DNA from: Haliotis cracherodii
Taxonomy: Eukaryota
Assembly: GCF_022045235.1 (NCBI RefSeq)
Contig: NW_027266275.1
Span: 29,016,001 to 29,080,000, forward strand
Length of the DNA stretch: 64,000 nucleotides
Direction: 5' to 3'
Under the pieces are notes generated by a model that was not told the origin of the DNA, searched no databases, and saw only the letters and a list, made by a program, of their open reading frames with translations. Numbering within the stretch: position 1 is the stretch's first letter; every line of letters starts with the position of its first letter. Positions 38,150-51,085 of the stretch are shown piece after piece. The position numbers were made by a program, and so were the translations under genes.

Positions 38150-38690
38150 ATTACTGTTAGTTGTCTGTTGGCTGTCTTGCATCTCAAATATATGAAGGTC
38201 CTTCCCACTGCAGAGATCGATCAAACCTGAAATTTGTATCGCGCAAATATACACTCCCAGTGACACCCGAGATTATATATGCTTGCTGTTAATGAGATGT
38301 GCAACAGTTATATTGAGCACCTAACTCATCCAGCATCACCCGGAAACGTCGGCATTCATTTCACGTGTTTCCTGTTTACTACATAAGTAGAGTTACGATA
38401 AATGTTTTCGCATTTAGATACGATGTCTAAACAATAAAAGAGATGTTTATGGAAACATGCCTAAAACTCCTCTAAACCGTTGTAAAAGTACAAATTAACC
38501 TTGATTTTGCGAAATAGGAATTTCGAAAATACGAACATGTCAAAATATTACACTCCTTACAGCGACATAGATATCGAACTGAATGACGTCAAAGTAACGT
38601 GCTGTGGGGAGTTTGTATGACAGGTGTTTGAGGTGGAAAATTAAGAATGCGTGAACCGCTCAAAAGGTCATCAGTCAGTTAACTGACGGT
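38150..38690. promoter_or_regulatory. Probable bidirectional promoter shared by GGPS1 (-) and FBXL15 (+)
   Basis: Both start codons lie 11 nt after a splice acceptor (37744-45 on minus, 40182-83 on plus), so both genes have upstream non-coding exons. Strong donor ACG|GTGAGT at 38688/38689. The segment has no recognisable repeats and contains ETS-like CCGGAAAC (38340), E-box TCACGTG (38361) and a perfect CRE TGACGTCA (38584). Confidence 0.7.
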
Positions 38691-40194
38691 GAGTTTGTCA
38701 ATTTGTTTGCAGCTAATGCAGTTCCAACATTATAAGTTGCAATATGAGATCTACCGTATTAGATCTTGTCAAGGAATCGTGCATACACTACACTGTATAC
38801 GAGGCGAAGCAATGACCGCCAGTATCAGTGTCCTCAGCAGCTGATCACTCACTCACGAGCATGTTTGTTTGTTTGTAAACGCCACACTCAGCAATATTCC
38901 AGCTATATGACGGCCGTCTGTAAATAATCGAGTCTGGACCAGACAACCCAGTGATTGATATCATGAACATCAATTTATGACATGCATCAACCAAGTCAGC
39001 GAGCCTGACCTCGCCTGTAGTGTTATGGCAAGCATGGGTTGCTGAAGAACTGTTCTAACCCGGATAAGAAGTGTAAAACTTCTACTAAATATTTCCCTCT
39101 ATAACCTGACCAATTTCTAATTAAAGGTTATTTCAGAATGTGGGTGGAATATATGTATGTATACCACGAAACTATGAAAAATAAAAATGTATTCATAAAT
39201 ACGATAAAAGCTCTATCGTGCAGAGTGACACATTTGTATTTATTTCAACATTCTCACATGATTGACTTGATATAATAAAGGCCTTTGTCAAGTCACTGTT
39301 CTGGGTTCGAATCCCGGAGTTGCTGAGATTATGCTTGTGGGTTTCATTTGTTTTTCTCTCCCATGTTTGTTGACTCACCATGACGTAGTTGAAATAGTAT
39401 TCAAACTCACAACTTTACATATAGACTGTCATCTCAGCACTCTTTTAGTTCATGCTGAAAGATGAGGTGAGGTGAAATGGGGTTTAACATTCCGTCCAAG
39501 AAGTACCATCTTTTAAAGTCTTTTGTATGACACAGCCGGTGATCAAACCCTGGACATTCCGCTCTCCAGACAGACGCTCTACCACTAGACGACAGAGGCG
39601 GTTCATACTGATAAATGCTGATGATGTCAATTGTTGGATTGTCTGGGTCCACACTCGATTATTTACATATTGCTGGAATATTGTTGAATACATTAAACAA
39701 GCAAAACAAACAAAAATCTTGGTTCATGATCCAATATATTAACGGTCAATTATCAGTTGATGTGTAAGTACATAAAATGCATCAGTTATCATTAGATTAT
39801 CAATAATATCTGTAAAATAACATCACGTTTTATAAATAAATATTTCAAAGCTTGAGGTATCTTTGAGATGAGTGTTTAAGTGAATAACCTGGGGCTACTG
39901 TATAGTTATTTTTATCTTAAACATTTGTTAAACTAAATAACTACTAGTTTAAGTTTTCAAGTTGAACAAAAAAGTTAGGCCAAATTCAAAATAATTGACA
40001 TCAGGTTCAGAACTGTTATATTTTGCAATAACAGTAACAGTTGGGTTCAAATCCCACCTTTACACTATTTAGAATTCCATATGCCTACATGAGGTGCTAC
40101 TCGAACATGAAGTGCTACTCGAACATGAAGTGCTACACAAAGCACAGTTTGACTTACTATGATCATCCCACGTTCTGTTGCAGGCGTGTCCAAA

Positions 40195-43100
40195 ATGGCG
40201 ACAGCTGATGGACCAGTGACAATCTTCAGTCTACCCTGGGAGCATGTCATCTGTCGGCACCTCTTCCCCTTCCTGTCCGTGAAGGAAGTCTTTCAACTAC
40301 GTGTAATCTCCACTCAGTTCCGTGACATTGTCGACACCTTCTTCAGAACGACCTTCACCCTTGATCTAAGTCGGGTAGCAGCGAGGGTCACATCGGAAGC
40401 CTTCGTTCTCATGTCACACAACAATCTGTGTTTAAAGAAGCTCACGCTAATCAACTCTAAAGATTGGCTATCAGATACTGTCCTGAAACCCGTGCTACTC
40501 AATAACCCCTACTTGTTGAAGGTAGATTTAACAAACTGCTCCAACTTGACGAACCTGTGTGTGAATGTGTTGGCAGTGAACTGTCATGCACTGCAGTTGC
40601 TTGTGCTGCGAGACTGCCACTGGGTCAGCAAGGAGGCTCTGACCGGGCTGCTGGTCAACTGTCGGGAGCTCGAGCACGTGGATCTGACGGGCTGCTGGAA
40701 CCTGGACGACGAGGTCATCAGTCAACTCATCGTCTATGGTAGAAAGTAGGTTCACTGTCGCCTCTCTTTCAGAAATACACCGTTTAGAATGTGCAAAGGC
40801 CCCTAGGCCAGAATCTTTTAATTTTTTGGTTTACAGATTTTTACATACAACTTTTTTTTTTAAATTGCCATCTTGTCTAGTATACCATCCTCCACCCTCA
40901 AGATGAACTTGGAAATAATACTCTGTATTTGATACAGTTGCCGCCATTGTCCCAGAACATGCCTCATGTGAACCGGTAATTGAGTCATTTGCCATTCCTA
41001 ACATCAAAGCTAGCATTCAAAACTAGTAGAATTGCTTGGTTTAAACAATATTTTATTTTCTTCAAAACGGATTGGTCATCTTGCATAATGCCTATTTCAA
41101 GATCTCTCTGATACAAGAAGATTAAAATATTGCAACACACAGTGAATGATAAAATGTTGAACATCAAATATATATATAGATGTACAAGAAATGTCGAGAA
41201 TACTTGAAGGACTTTTAAAGCGTTTTACAGAATTGCTTCTTACCAGTGACCTGTTGAGTATTAGCAACTGCCAGGTTTTGCTTACCCGATAATCAAATTA
41301 TTATTTTTCTTTCATTTTATTTTTCCTTTTGTTGGCGGTTATTAAAAAAGTGATGAATTGATTTTTTTCCACTTTTTCAACCAAGAATCAACATGATCAT
41401 GATGATCAAGGTGACTTTTTGAAGAACAAAACAAAATTTGGAAAGTCTTTTTCAATATTGTTTTCTCAATGCCCTGGAAATACAATCATGTCTGGCTTTA
41501 GATTTTTTCACAAACAAAAAATATGTAAGAGTATCAATTTAAGTTAGCAATATCACCCTCCCTCTTATAACCATGACAACCAGACCCCTTTCCCCATGTT
41601 TATAAAAGTGAAGCATTTCATTACATGTTTACTGGTCTAGAATTCCATGTACTATGAAAATACCCTGATAAGCACATCTGTGTCAAATGGTATCTCAACA
41701 AGGAGATAGTCTGTCTCCCAGACCCTAGACAATAAACTGAAAAAGGAGACCAACTCAAGTCTAGATTGCCTCAGCTCTGGGATTGTTCTGGACTCCATTT
41801 GGATTTGTTTATTTTTTGTTATGTAGATATATATATTTTAAAGTAAGATAACTTTATTTCTGGGATGAAATGTCAGTCTATAAGGAGCCCCTATTGCCTC
41901 TAAATGCTCAGGGCATAGCTTATATCAAATATGGTACTTCTAAAACCCAGGATTTCTCTTAACTATTGATTATAGCAATGTGGATACCTATAGTGTTGGG
42001 GAACTGGTATAGGCTGATATTGCCACCAACTTTTGTCTTTGTAAACATTTTCATTATTCAGATTTATGCATGAAAGTCAAAGGTTCCTTGTCTAATATTA
42101 AAATTATGAGTAAACTATTTTGAGTGTTTCTGGATTAAAATACTATTGCAACTAAGATTATGGACGGATGTAATACATTGTGCACCTCTGCGTCATGCTA
42201 CTCATTGCATGCATTTATCATATGCACAGCAGAATAAGCCAATTAAACTAATTGCAGCGCCATCTGGCGTCAAGATTTCAGTGCTCGTCTTTTTGTCATT
42301 TGTTTGTATCATGAATTGATATTTCATATATATATTTCTCAATGAAAATGAATTAATGGCTGCCAAGTCATGCTGGTTAATGTGTTTTTGACGACTAGTT
42401 TATCACCCCTTAAAAAATTCATATTTATCATGTTAATAAAAATGTCCAAAAGAGTCATGAAAATCAATTATGCAAACATGCAATAAATTACTGTAGTGTA
42501 GGGGAGAATTAATCAATTCAACATCAGAAGCCATTGTATCATAAACCCTCCATTCAGTGAGGCTTTGATATCATTTTACACAGATACTAAAAAAAACGGT
42601 TCATTGTGTGTGATTGTGCAGATATTTATGACATTCTCGGATTGCGTCTGTCTGTTCATATTTTCACCCTTTAAAACGAAATAATGTAATAACCTGGCAA
42701 TAAGTGTTCTCTTGCTACAATCGTGTTTAGATTTCAATTTTTATGATTTAAGTTTTCACTAGGACGTTGTACCTGATCATTGGCTTCCCTGCAGACTTAT
42801 CGTTAATTCCTGGTGACAAAGTAGACACAATTTATGAATATAAATAACAACTTCTTTATTTAAGAGTTTCGGCTTAGATTGATCCTTATACCGTTTTCAA
42901 GCAAGGCTGAATGATGATGTTGTTGTTGTTGCATTAAGTGTTTAGGAGGTCGCCTTCTGCCTAGGCAATTTCGGCTGACCTGTCCCTCTTTGGGACTCCT
43001 GTGTGTGAGTAGGGTACACCTATCTATTGTGAGTTTGGTGTTCACATAATTTCTGTTTTTGTGTTGATATGATTTCTATTTTCTTATCTTGATAAGATTT

Positions 43101-46100
43101 CATTTCTATCCTTGGCTGCTCTGTTTATATACATTCGAGTATCTGTCCATCTCTCAGAAATAGAGTTAGTTTGGCCTTCGCTATTGCATCTCTTGGCTTT
43201 AGGAGATCTATGACAGATAGCGGATCTAACTGCAATTCTTGTTTTAACCTAGCCCGGGCTGGGGCATGGTCTGAATGATGAGCATAGTAGAGAATATATA
43301 TAGCAGCTGGAGGATTAGCAAAAACAAAACTGCTTACATCAGAGAGATTAACGTGAGTAGGTTAAACAATGACAACAGAAGGATAAAACTGAAACACCAT
43401 GATGGACAGAGAACACGTGATGAGGAAGCCAATAACACAGGAACCTAATTGAACAGGATTAAGTGTACATAGGTGGGGTGATTATTGCTTTATGAGTTCA
43501 TAGCAGGCGGATGTGATGAAATAGCCTTGATCTCTGTTGATTGTTGGCTTGTGGCGGTGAATGTGGACTGCCTCTGTTAGTTTTCTTTTTGTGAAGTCAT
43601 GGAGGTTGTTGGAGAGGAATTGGACGTTTCCCAGGTTTTCTGGTGATTGTCATTTCTCATTATTGATGTACAGCATTTCCAACTCAGTTGTGGAGGGGTT
43701 CTACAGAAGGTAGTGGAGCCAATTAATGTTTATTTATTAATCAATTGTATAAACGTCCTGGACTGTGAGTTTGTTTTTCCATGCACAGTAAGTTATTTTG
43801 ATGAAGGGGAATGATAACTAAAGCGGAAATGATGTTTCAGCCACTTTAGGTTGTAACCTATCTCTACGCTGAAAACACAGTATGTTTATCTCCATTCTAC
43901 CGTGACTAATTAAAACGTGAACCATGTTAAACTGCGGCATTGTATCTCAGTGTGCTAGCACTATAAAACTGGTCTGGACTAGTGCAGCCACATGCACACA
44001 TGCATTCACATCACTAGCAGAATGAAATAATCTTAGCGCTAAGGTGATTGTAACTCCCATACCTTAACATACTTATGGCAGTCGTGGCTGTAAGGTTTTG
44101 TACAATGGCATCCTGAACACCACATTAAACCCCATTTGACTTCACCATTCAGAGGTTGCTAGTTACACCCCTCACCACATAACCCCATCGTCAGTGCTTC
44201 ACCGTCTTACAAACACCATGTTCCTTCCTCAGTCATAAATACAAATGGCCGCTATGCAGTGTAACAGTGGTGCATGTCTATTTTCAGTAGGCTTATAAAC
44301 TGAGGCCATGTAAAACTCACGGAAGTGACATATTCCTCAGATGTATTTACAGGTGATGGAGGACCATGGTGTATACAAACCTGTTGTAGTATAGACTGCG
44401 AGTAACCCAGACAATTTGTATTCAGGATCCGCTATCTGTCTGTGTCGAAGATCTATGGGTTGACGGACACAGCTATATCTGTGATATCCCACAACAGCCC
44501 CAGCCTGCAGCACCTCAACATCCATGGCTGTTGGCGCGTCACCAACGACTCCATCAGGTAGGCTGCTGTCTCAGTGTGTGTAAACTTTTGTGTTCACCAA
44601 GACGTTACATCTGATGAAGGGGCAAGAAGTAGCAGTGAAATGTGATTACTAGTAACTAATTAGTTGTTATTCAGGAAAAGATTCATGTCTTCGTGTTCTT
44701 CTATATGTAAGACTTGATACATATCGGTTCATGGTGCCAAAGACTATGCATACATGTCAACCATGGTGCTAAAGACTATGCATACATATCAGTTCATGGT
44801 GCCATAGACTATGCATACATATCATAAGTTCATGGTGCCAAAGACTATGCATACATGTCAACCATAGTGCTAAAGACTATGCATACATATCAGTTCATGG
44901 TGCCATAGACTATGCATACATATCATAAGTTCATGGTGCCAAAGACTATGCATACATGTCAACCATAGTGCTAAAGACTATGCATACATATAAGTTCATG
45001 GTGCCAAAGACTATGCATACATATCAGTCCATAGCGCCATTGACTATGCATACATATCAGTTCAAGGTGCCAAAGACTATGCATACATATCAGTCCATAG
45101 CGCCATTGACTATGCATACATATCAGTTCAAGGTGCCAAAGACTATGCATACATATCAGTCCAAGGTGCCAAAGACTATGCAACATATCAGTCCATGGTG
45201 CCAAAGACTATGCATACATATCAGTCCATGGTGCCAAAGACTATGCATACATATCAGTCCATTGTGACAAAGATCATGCTTACATATCAGCCCACAGCCC
45301 CAAAGATCATGCATACATATCAGTCCATGGTGATAAAGATCATGCATACACATCAGTTCATGGTGCCAAAGACTATGCATACATGTCAGTCCATTGTGAC
45401 AAAGATCATGCTTACATATCAGCCCACAGCCCCAAAGATCATGCATACATATCAGTCCTTGGCGCCAAAGATCATGCATACATATCAGTTTATGGTGATA
45501 AAGATCATGCACACATATCAGTTCATGGTGCCAAATATCATGCATACATATCAGTTCATGGTGCCAAATATCATGCATACATATCAGTTCATGGTGCCAA
45601 ATATCATGCATACATGTCAGTTAATGGCTCCAAAGATCATGCATACATATCAGTCCATGATGATAAAGATCATGCACACATATCAGTCCATGGTGACAAA
45701 GATCGTGCTTACATATCAGCCCACGGCCCCAAAGATCATGCATACATATCAGTCCTTGGCGCCAAAGATCATGCTTACATATCAGTTCATGGTGCCAAAG
45801 ATCATGCACACATATCAGTTCATGGTGCCAAATATCACGCATACATGTCAGTTAATGGCTCCAAAGATCATGCATACATATCAGTATATGATGATAAAGA
45901 TCAAGCATACATATCAGTCAATGGCGCCATAGACTATGCATACATATCAGTTCATGGTGCCAAAGACTATGCATACATGTCAGTCCATGGTGACAAAGAT
46001 CATGCTTACATATCAGCCCACGGCCCCAAAGATCATGCATAAATATCAGTCCTTGGCGCCAAAGATCATACTTACATATCAGTTCATGGTGCCAAAGATC

Positions 46101-48114
46101 ATGCACACATATCAGTTCATGGTGCCAAATATCATGCATACATGTCAGTTAATGACTCCAAAGATAATGCATTCATATCAGTCCATGGTGCTAAAGATCA
46201 TGCATACATATCAGTCCATGGTGATAAAGATCATGCTTACATATCAGTTCATGGTGATAAAGATCATGCTTACAAACAGTTCATGGTGCCAAAGATCATG
46301 CATACATATCAGTTCATGGTGCCATAGATCATGCATACATGTCAGTTAATGGCTCCAAAGATCATGCTTACATATCAGTTCATAGTGCCAAATATCATGC
46401 ATACATATCAGTTCATGGTGACAGAGATCATACATATATGTCAGTTAATGGCTCCAAAGATCATGCTTACATATCAGTTCATGGTGATAAGGATCATGCT
46501 TACAAACAGTTCATGGCACCAAAGATCATGCATACAGTATATCAGTTCATGGCTACCGGTATGTTCACATATTTTTATTTGAGCAAAGTTGATGCATTGT
46601 CACATATATTTGAGTGTGGTGTACAAAATGTAAATCATAAGAAAACTTTTTGTCAATGGTACCGAAGCTTTGTTCAAACTACCTGTCCTTCTTGTGTATG
46701 AAAACATAGAGGAAAGACTTAGGGACTTTGTCAATACTTCATGAAGTGTTTAAAATACCTGCCTGCCGGACAGCCTGAGTCTATTTTGAGGGACGGTCAG
46801 TTTTGAAAAGTTGTACGTCCGATGGTGGGGAGTTAAAGTTACTAAGTTGGCTATCCACCAGTTGATTGTTATTTTCTGAGAACTCACATTAAACTTCTAT
46901 TCTTATGTTTACCCTTTTGTTACTTTCTTTTCGGTAGTCTAGAACATTCTTGAATGGCAACATTTTATCTGGTCTGGTAACTTGTAAGTTGCCAGACTGG
47001 TTGTCTGAGAGGAATATTTGGGAATTTATACACTGCATCATGGGTTGAATTTATTAAGTTAGAAAGTATTTTGAATTCAGTCATCCAGCTTGTAACTGTA
47101 GTTCGGAAAGCCCTGTTTTAGGCCTTAGAGGTTGCATGAGTAGAAAACATATTCCGCTAACAATATAACATAACAATCTAAATACTTGTTTCATTATTTT
47201 ATTACAACGTATATGTACCGTTATCTATCGTGTAGTTGTCAAACATAAGTACGACTTCATTTCGTTAATCCGACATACTTGTTAATCCGACATACTCGTT
47301 TATCCTACATAATCATACACAACCAACCATGTCAGATTAATTGATTAGTTGACTGTACAGTGTTTTACCTTGACTTACAAATCCATAGAACTCCCAAAAA
47401 ATTCTTTCACAGGTCCATAAAGGAGGGTCTTGAGTGAGTGAGTGAGTTGTGTTTAACACCGCTTTTAACAGTATTCCAGTCATATCACGGTGTGTCAGCT
47501 TCATGTGGGAGGAAAGCCCGAAGTGATGCAGGTCTCAGACATTTACCACTTCGGTGAAACCCACAAGCACGGGTATGGTGCTGATAAACCTAGAAACATA
47601 ATCGGGGCGAACCGGGATTCGAACCGACAATCATAGGTTTCTGGCATGCCTAAGGGACGCAACTCTGCACAACGAATCGCAGCACCTTAGACGACTGGAC
47701 CACCAGTGCCCCCTGAAACTTATGAAATGGTGTAGTGTAGTGTACTGTAAGATTTGATGATTATTGTGTTACCGGACCGTTGTATTCCTTGTCAATATTA
47801 TTGGTTGTCCCTCAGGACACATATTTCTGCGTTGCGTAAAACACTGATAGTATTCACAAACCTGTGAAGTATTGACAAAGTGTTGACAAAGTATTGACAA
47901 TGTATTGCATATAACCTCTCTGTATTGCAGGCTCCTTGGAGAGTTCTGTATGGGGCTGAAAGCTTTACAGATCAAAGACTGTCGAGGAATAAATGAAATC
48001 AGCCTAGCACGACTCCGAGCACGCGGTATCAAGATGGATGTGCCCCCACCCCCACAAGCACAGACTCTGAGCTATCTACATCGAAATATTCACAACCTCA
48101 ATGTACAGATATGA
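40195..48114 (+). CDS. FBXL15: F-box/LRR-repeat protein 15, complete CDS in 3 exons, 288 aa
   Basis: Exons 40195-40745, 44426-44557 and 47931-48114 (phase-2 GT-AG junctions, 867 nt). N-terminal F-box (LPWEHVICRHLFPFLSVKEVFQLRVIS), cysteine-containing LRRs (LEHVDLTGCWNLDD, LQHLNIHGCWRVTND) and C-terminus LRARGIKMDVPPP...LNVQI, which resembles the FBXL15 tail. The ATG (CAAAATGGCG) follows an acceptor at 40183. Confidence 0.93.
42830..43250 (-). mobile_element. Probable decayed Penelope-like element 3' end / pseudo-LTR
   Basis: Minus strand CTTGAAAACGG...CCGAAAC...AATAAAGAAGTTGTT. The same terminus occurs at 17238-17312 (-) and, degenerate, at 44611-44680 (+). Confidence 0.45.
44716..46552. repeat. 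Minisatellite, 33-bp unit (CATACATATCAGTTCATGGTGCCAAAGACTATG), about 55 copies
   Basis: Direct tandem repetition in the last FBXL15 intron. Confidence 0.97.
47432..47714 (-). mobile_element. SINE family C copy, well preserved
   Basis: Reverse-complement match to 3446-3761. Confidence 0.88.
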
Positions 48115-50014
48115 TGTCTCGTCTGTCTCTAGGAAACACGGTTGTGTGTGTCCCACACGGGAGCTATTCCATGTTGACATTGGAAGACATACCAAGTAGT
48201 TCATCTTCCATCAAATTACATGTTTATCTTCCATTATGTAAATCACGTTATCGCTAATACGTGCAGTTTGTTTTAATGTTTCATGAATTGCGGGGTTTGG
48301 GCCACCAACTCATCTGGGTAAATGGGGCTGTAGAAAATGAAATCAACTTTACTTGTGTGTGTCTTTATTATTGTGATCTAAGAAATATGTTGACACCCGA
48401 ATGCTATCTGTCAAGTTATCCTTTACCTGCCTTTTTCTTCTCTCTTCAAAAGATGCTGCTGTCATATTGAAACTGGCTTTATTTGTCAAATATGCTATTT
48501 CTCTTAGAAACAAACTGTTATTATTAAGATTCAGCCGAATATGTAAAACTTCTTATATGTAACTTGTATTTGGGCCGGAGGCCTTAAACATAATAGATAT
48601 CTTTAACTTTGACTTTGGGTAGGTCAAAATCTATAAAAACAACTTTTTTGGTGTGTGTGCATTATTTTTATTTGGCATTAAGAAAAACTTAATGTTTATT
48701 ACGTTATTCAGGATTTTCACTATTTTGACAGTTACGTCAGTCTGAGAACTTTCTTCTCTGTGTCCAGAAAGTATATCGTATATGTATGTGTGCATATATA
48801 TTGTAATAATCCAGAGAACACACACTGGTCACTGGTGCAATCAACACACGTCTTTATTCCATTACTGTACAAATCCAACGGTCCAAATGGTCTAACAGCC
48901 CTCTCCTTCATTCTATTTTCACCGTGCACCTGCTTTCCTAGCAACACTATCCCTTTGTCTGCCATATTTGTTCTACTTTCTTTAGAGTTATCCCCCTTAC
49001 ACTTCCCATACATGTATGGTAACACAAGTTACCTCCCTTTCCAGCAGATCTTTGTGTTTGTCAAAACACCTTTATGCACACAAGATCTTTCGCCAGTCTA
49101 TGGCTCTTCAGGTATAATGAAAACTTTATCGTAGTCACAGGTGACGCACAACAGCAGTATTTGTGACATCACAATGTCTGTGACTTAACAGCTAGTGACA
49201 ATACATTATGGTGTGAGTGCACAAATATACATTGAACTACGCAGTAAGGTTTTGGTTTCAAAAGCATAATGAGCATCAATTCTTTTTCCAGTCGTAAATG
49301 TTTGTCATTGTTAAACAATTTATAAAACGGAAAGACCTTATTTTAGCAATTTCTGTTTCTTAGATTTTAATCTGCAATCTTGTTATTATTTGTTATTTTA
49401 TGATCGTTATATTGTCATGTTTGGATATTTGTATTAGAGAAATAAGAAAACTAATTGGAAGAATTGGAAGCTATGAAGAAGGAATGTTAATAACCATGGT
49501 TACAGATGCTTATAACAGATATATGTATGTTCTTGTGCTATGGACAAGCCTACTGGTACCCTAAACTTTGCAAAAGAAAGCTAAAAAATATAACAACTTG
49601 TTTTATTGTTTTTAAGCAAAATGTAGTAAGGAAATGAACCACTTATAAACCCTGACAACATATTTTAATTTGTTCTTGGCAAATTGACTAGGGAAATCTA
49701 TAAAGGAAGACGTTAAGATGGTCTGACTAAAGTTTAATTCTAGATGAATAAATTATGTAGTTATTGTGATGATGATGAAGATGTGTGTGTATCTGTTGTA
49801 TGTATGTTGAAGGTAGGTGTTGTCATAAGTGAGTGTGACAGTTGGCAGTTTACACTGACATGAGGGAACAAGCATGGGATACTGGGACCTATTCTTGTCT
49901 GGAATTCCCAAAGGGAGATCAGTATAAGGTACAAGGGACCAATTCTTCTCAAGAATTCCCACGGGGAGGTTAACTGTGGATGCCTTGTGCTTCCAAACCC
50001 ATTGGGAAGATGTC

Positions 50015-51085
50015 ATTGTGTGCTGGAGACATCTTCTGGCTCTGAATTACATTGGGGAGACAAGCATGGTGTACTGGAGACGTCTTTTGTCCCTGAATCA
50101 CATTGGGGAGACAAGCATGGTGTACTGGAGACATCATCTGTCCCTGAATCACATTGGGGAGACAAGCATGGTGTACTGGAGACGTCTTCTGTCCCTGAAT
50201 CACATTGGGGAGACAAGCATGGTGTACTGGGGACGTCTTCTGTCCCTGAATCACATTGGGGAGACAAGCATGGTGTACTGGAGACGTCTTCTGTCCCTGA
50301 ATCACATTGGGGAGACAAGCATGGTGTACTGGGGACTCTTCTGTCCCTGAATCACATTGGGGAGACAAGCATGGCGTACTGGGGACGTCTTCTGTCCCGG
50401 AATCACATTGGGGAGACAAGCATGGCGTACTGGGGACGTCTTCTGTCTCTGAATCACATTGGGGAGACAAGCATGGTGTACTGGGGACGTCTTCTGTCTC
50501 TGAATCACATTGGGGAGACAAGCATGGCGTACTGGGGACGTCTTCTGTCCCTGAATAACATTTGGGAGACAAGCATGGCGTACTGGGGACGTCTTCTGTC
50601 TCTGAATCACATTGGGGAGACAAGCATGGTGTACTGGGGACGTCTTCTGTCCCTGAATCACATTGGGGAGACAAGCATGGTGTACTGGGGACGTCTTCTG
50701 TCCCTGAATCACATTGGGGAGACAAGCATGGCGTAAGGGGACGTCTTGTCTCTGAATCACATTGGGGAGACAAGCATGGCGTACTGGGGACGTCTTCTGT
50801 CCCTGAATCACATTGGGAAGACAAGCATGGCGTACTGGGGACGTCTTCTGTCCCTGAATCACATTGGGAAGACAAGCATGGCGTACTGGGGACGTCTTCT
50901 GTCCCTGAATCACATTGGGGAGACAAGCATGGTGTACTGGGGACGTCTTCTGTCTCTGATGAATCACATTGGGGAGACAAGCATGGTGTACTGGGGACGT
51001 CTTCTGTCCCTGAATCACATTGGGGAGACAAGCATGGTGTACTGGGGACGTCATCTGTCTCTGAATCACATTGGGAAGACTTCAT
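50015..51085. repeat. Minisatellite, 51-bp unit, about 21 copies, downstream of the FBXL15 stop (possibly in the 3' UTR)
   Basis: GTCTTCTGTCCCTGAATCACATTGGGGAGACAAGCATGGTGTACTGGGGAC is repeated. Confidence 0.97.

Noticed and set aside
40159-40194. Upstream ATG of the 196-aa ORF as the FBXL15 start
   Set aside because: It lies upstream of the acceptor at 40183, so it is most likely intronic. The ATG at 40195 has a better context.
44956-46701. MHTYQ-repeat ORFs
   Set aside because: They come from the 33-bp intronic minisatellite in FBXL15.
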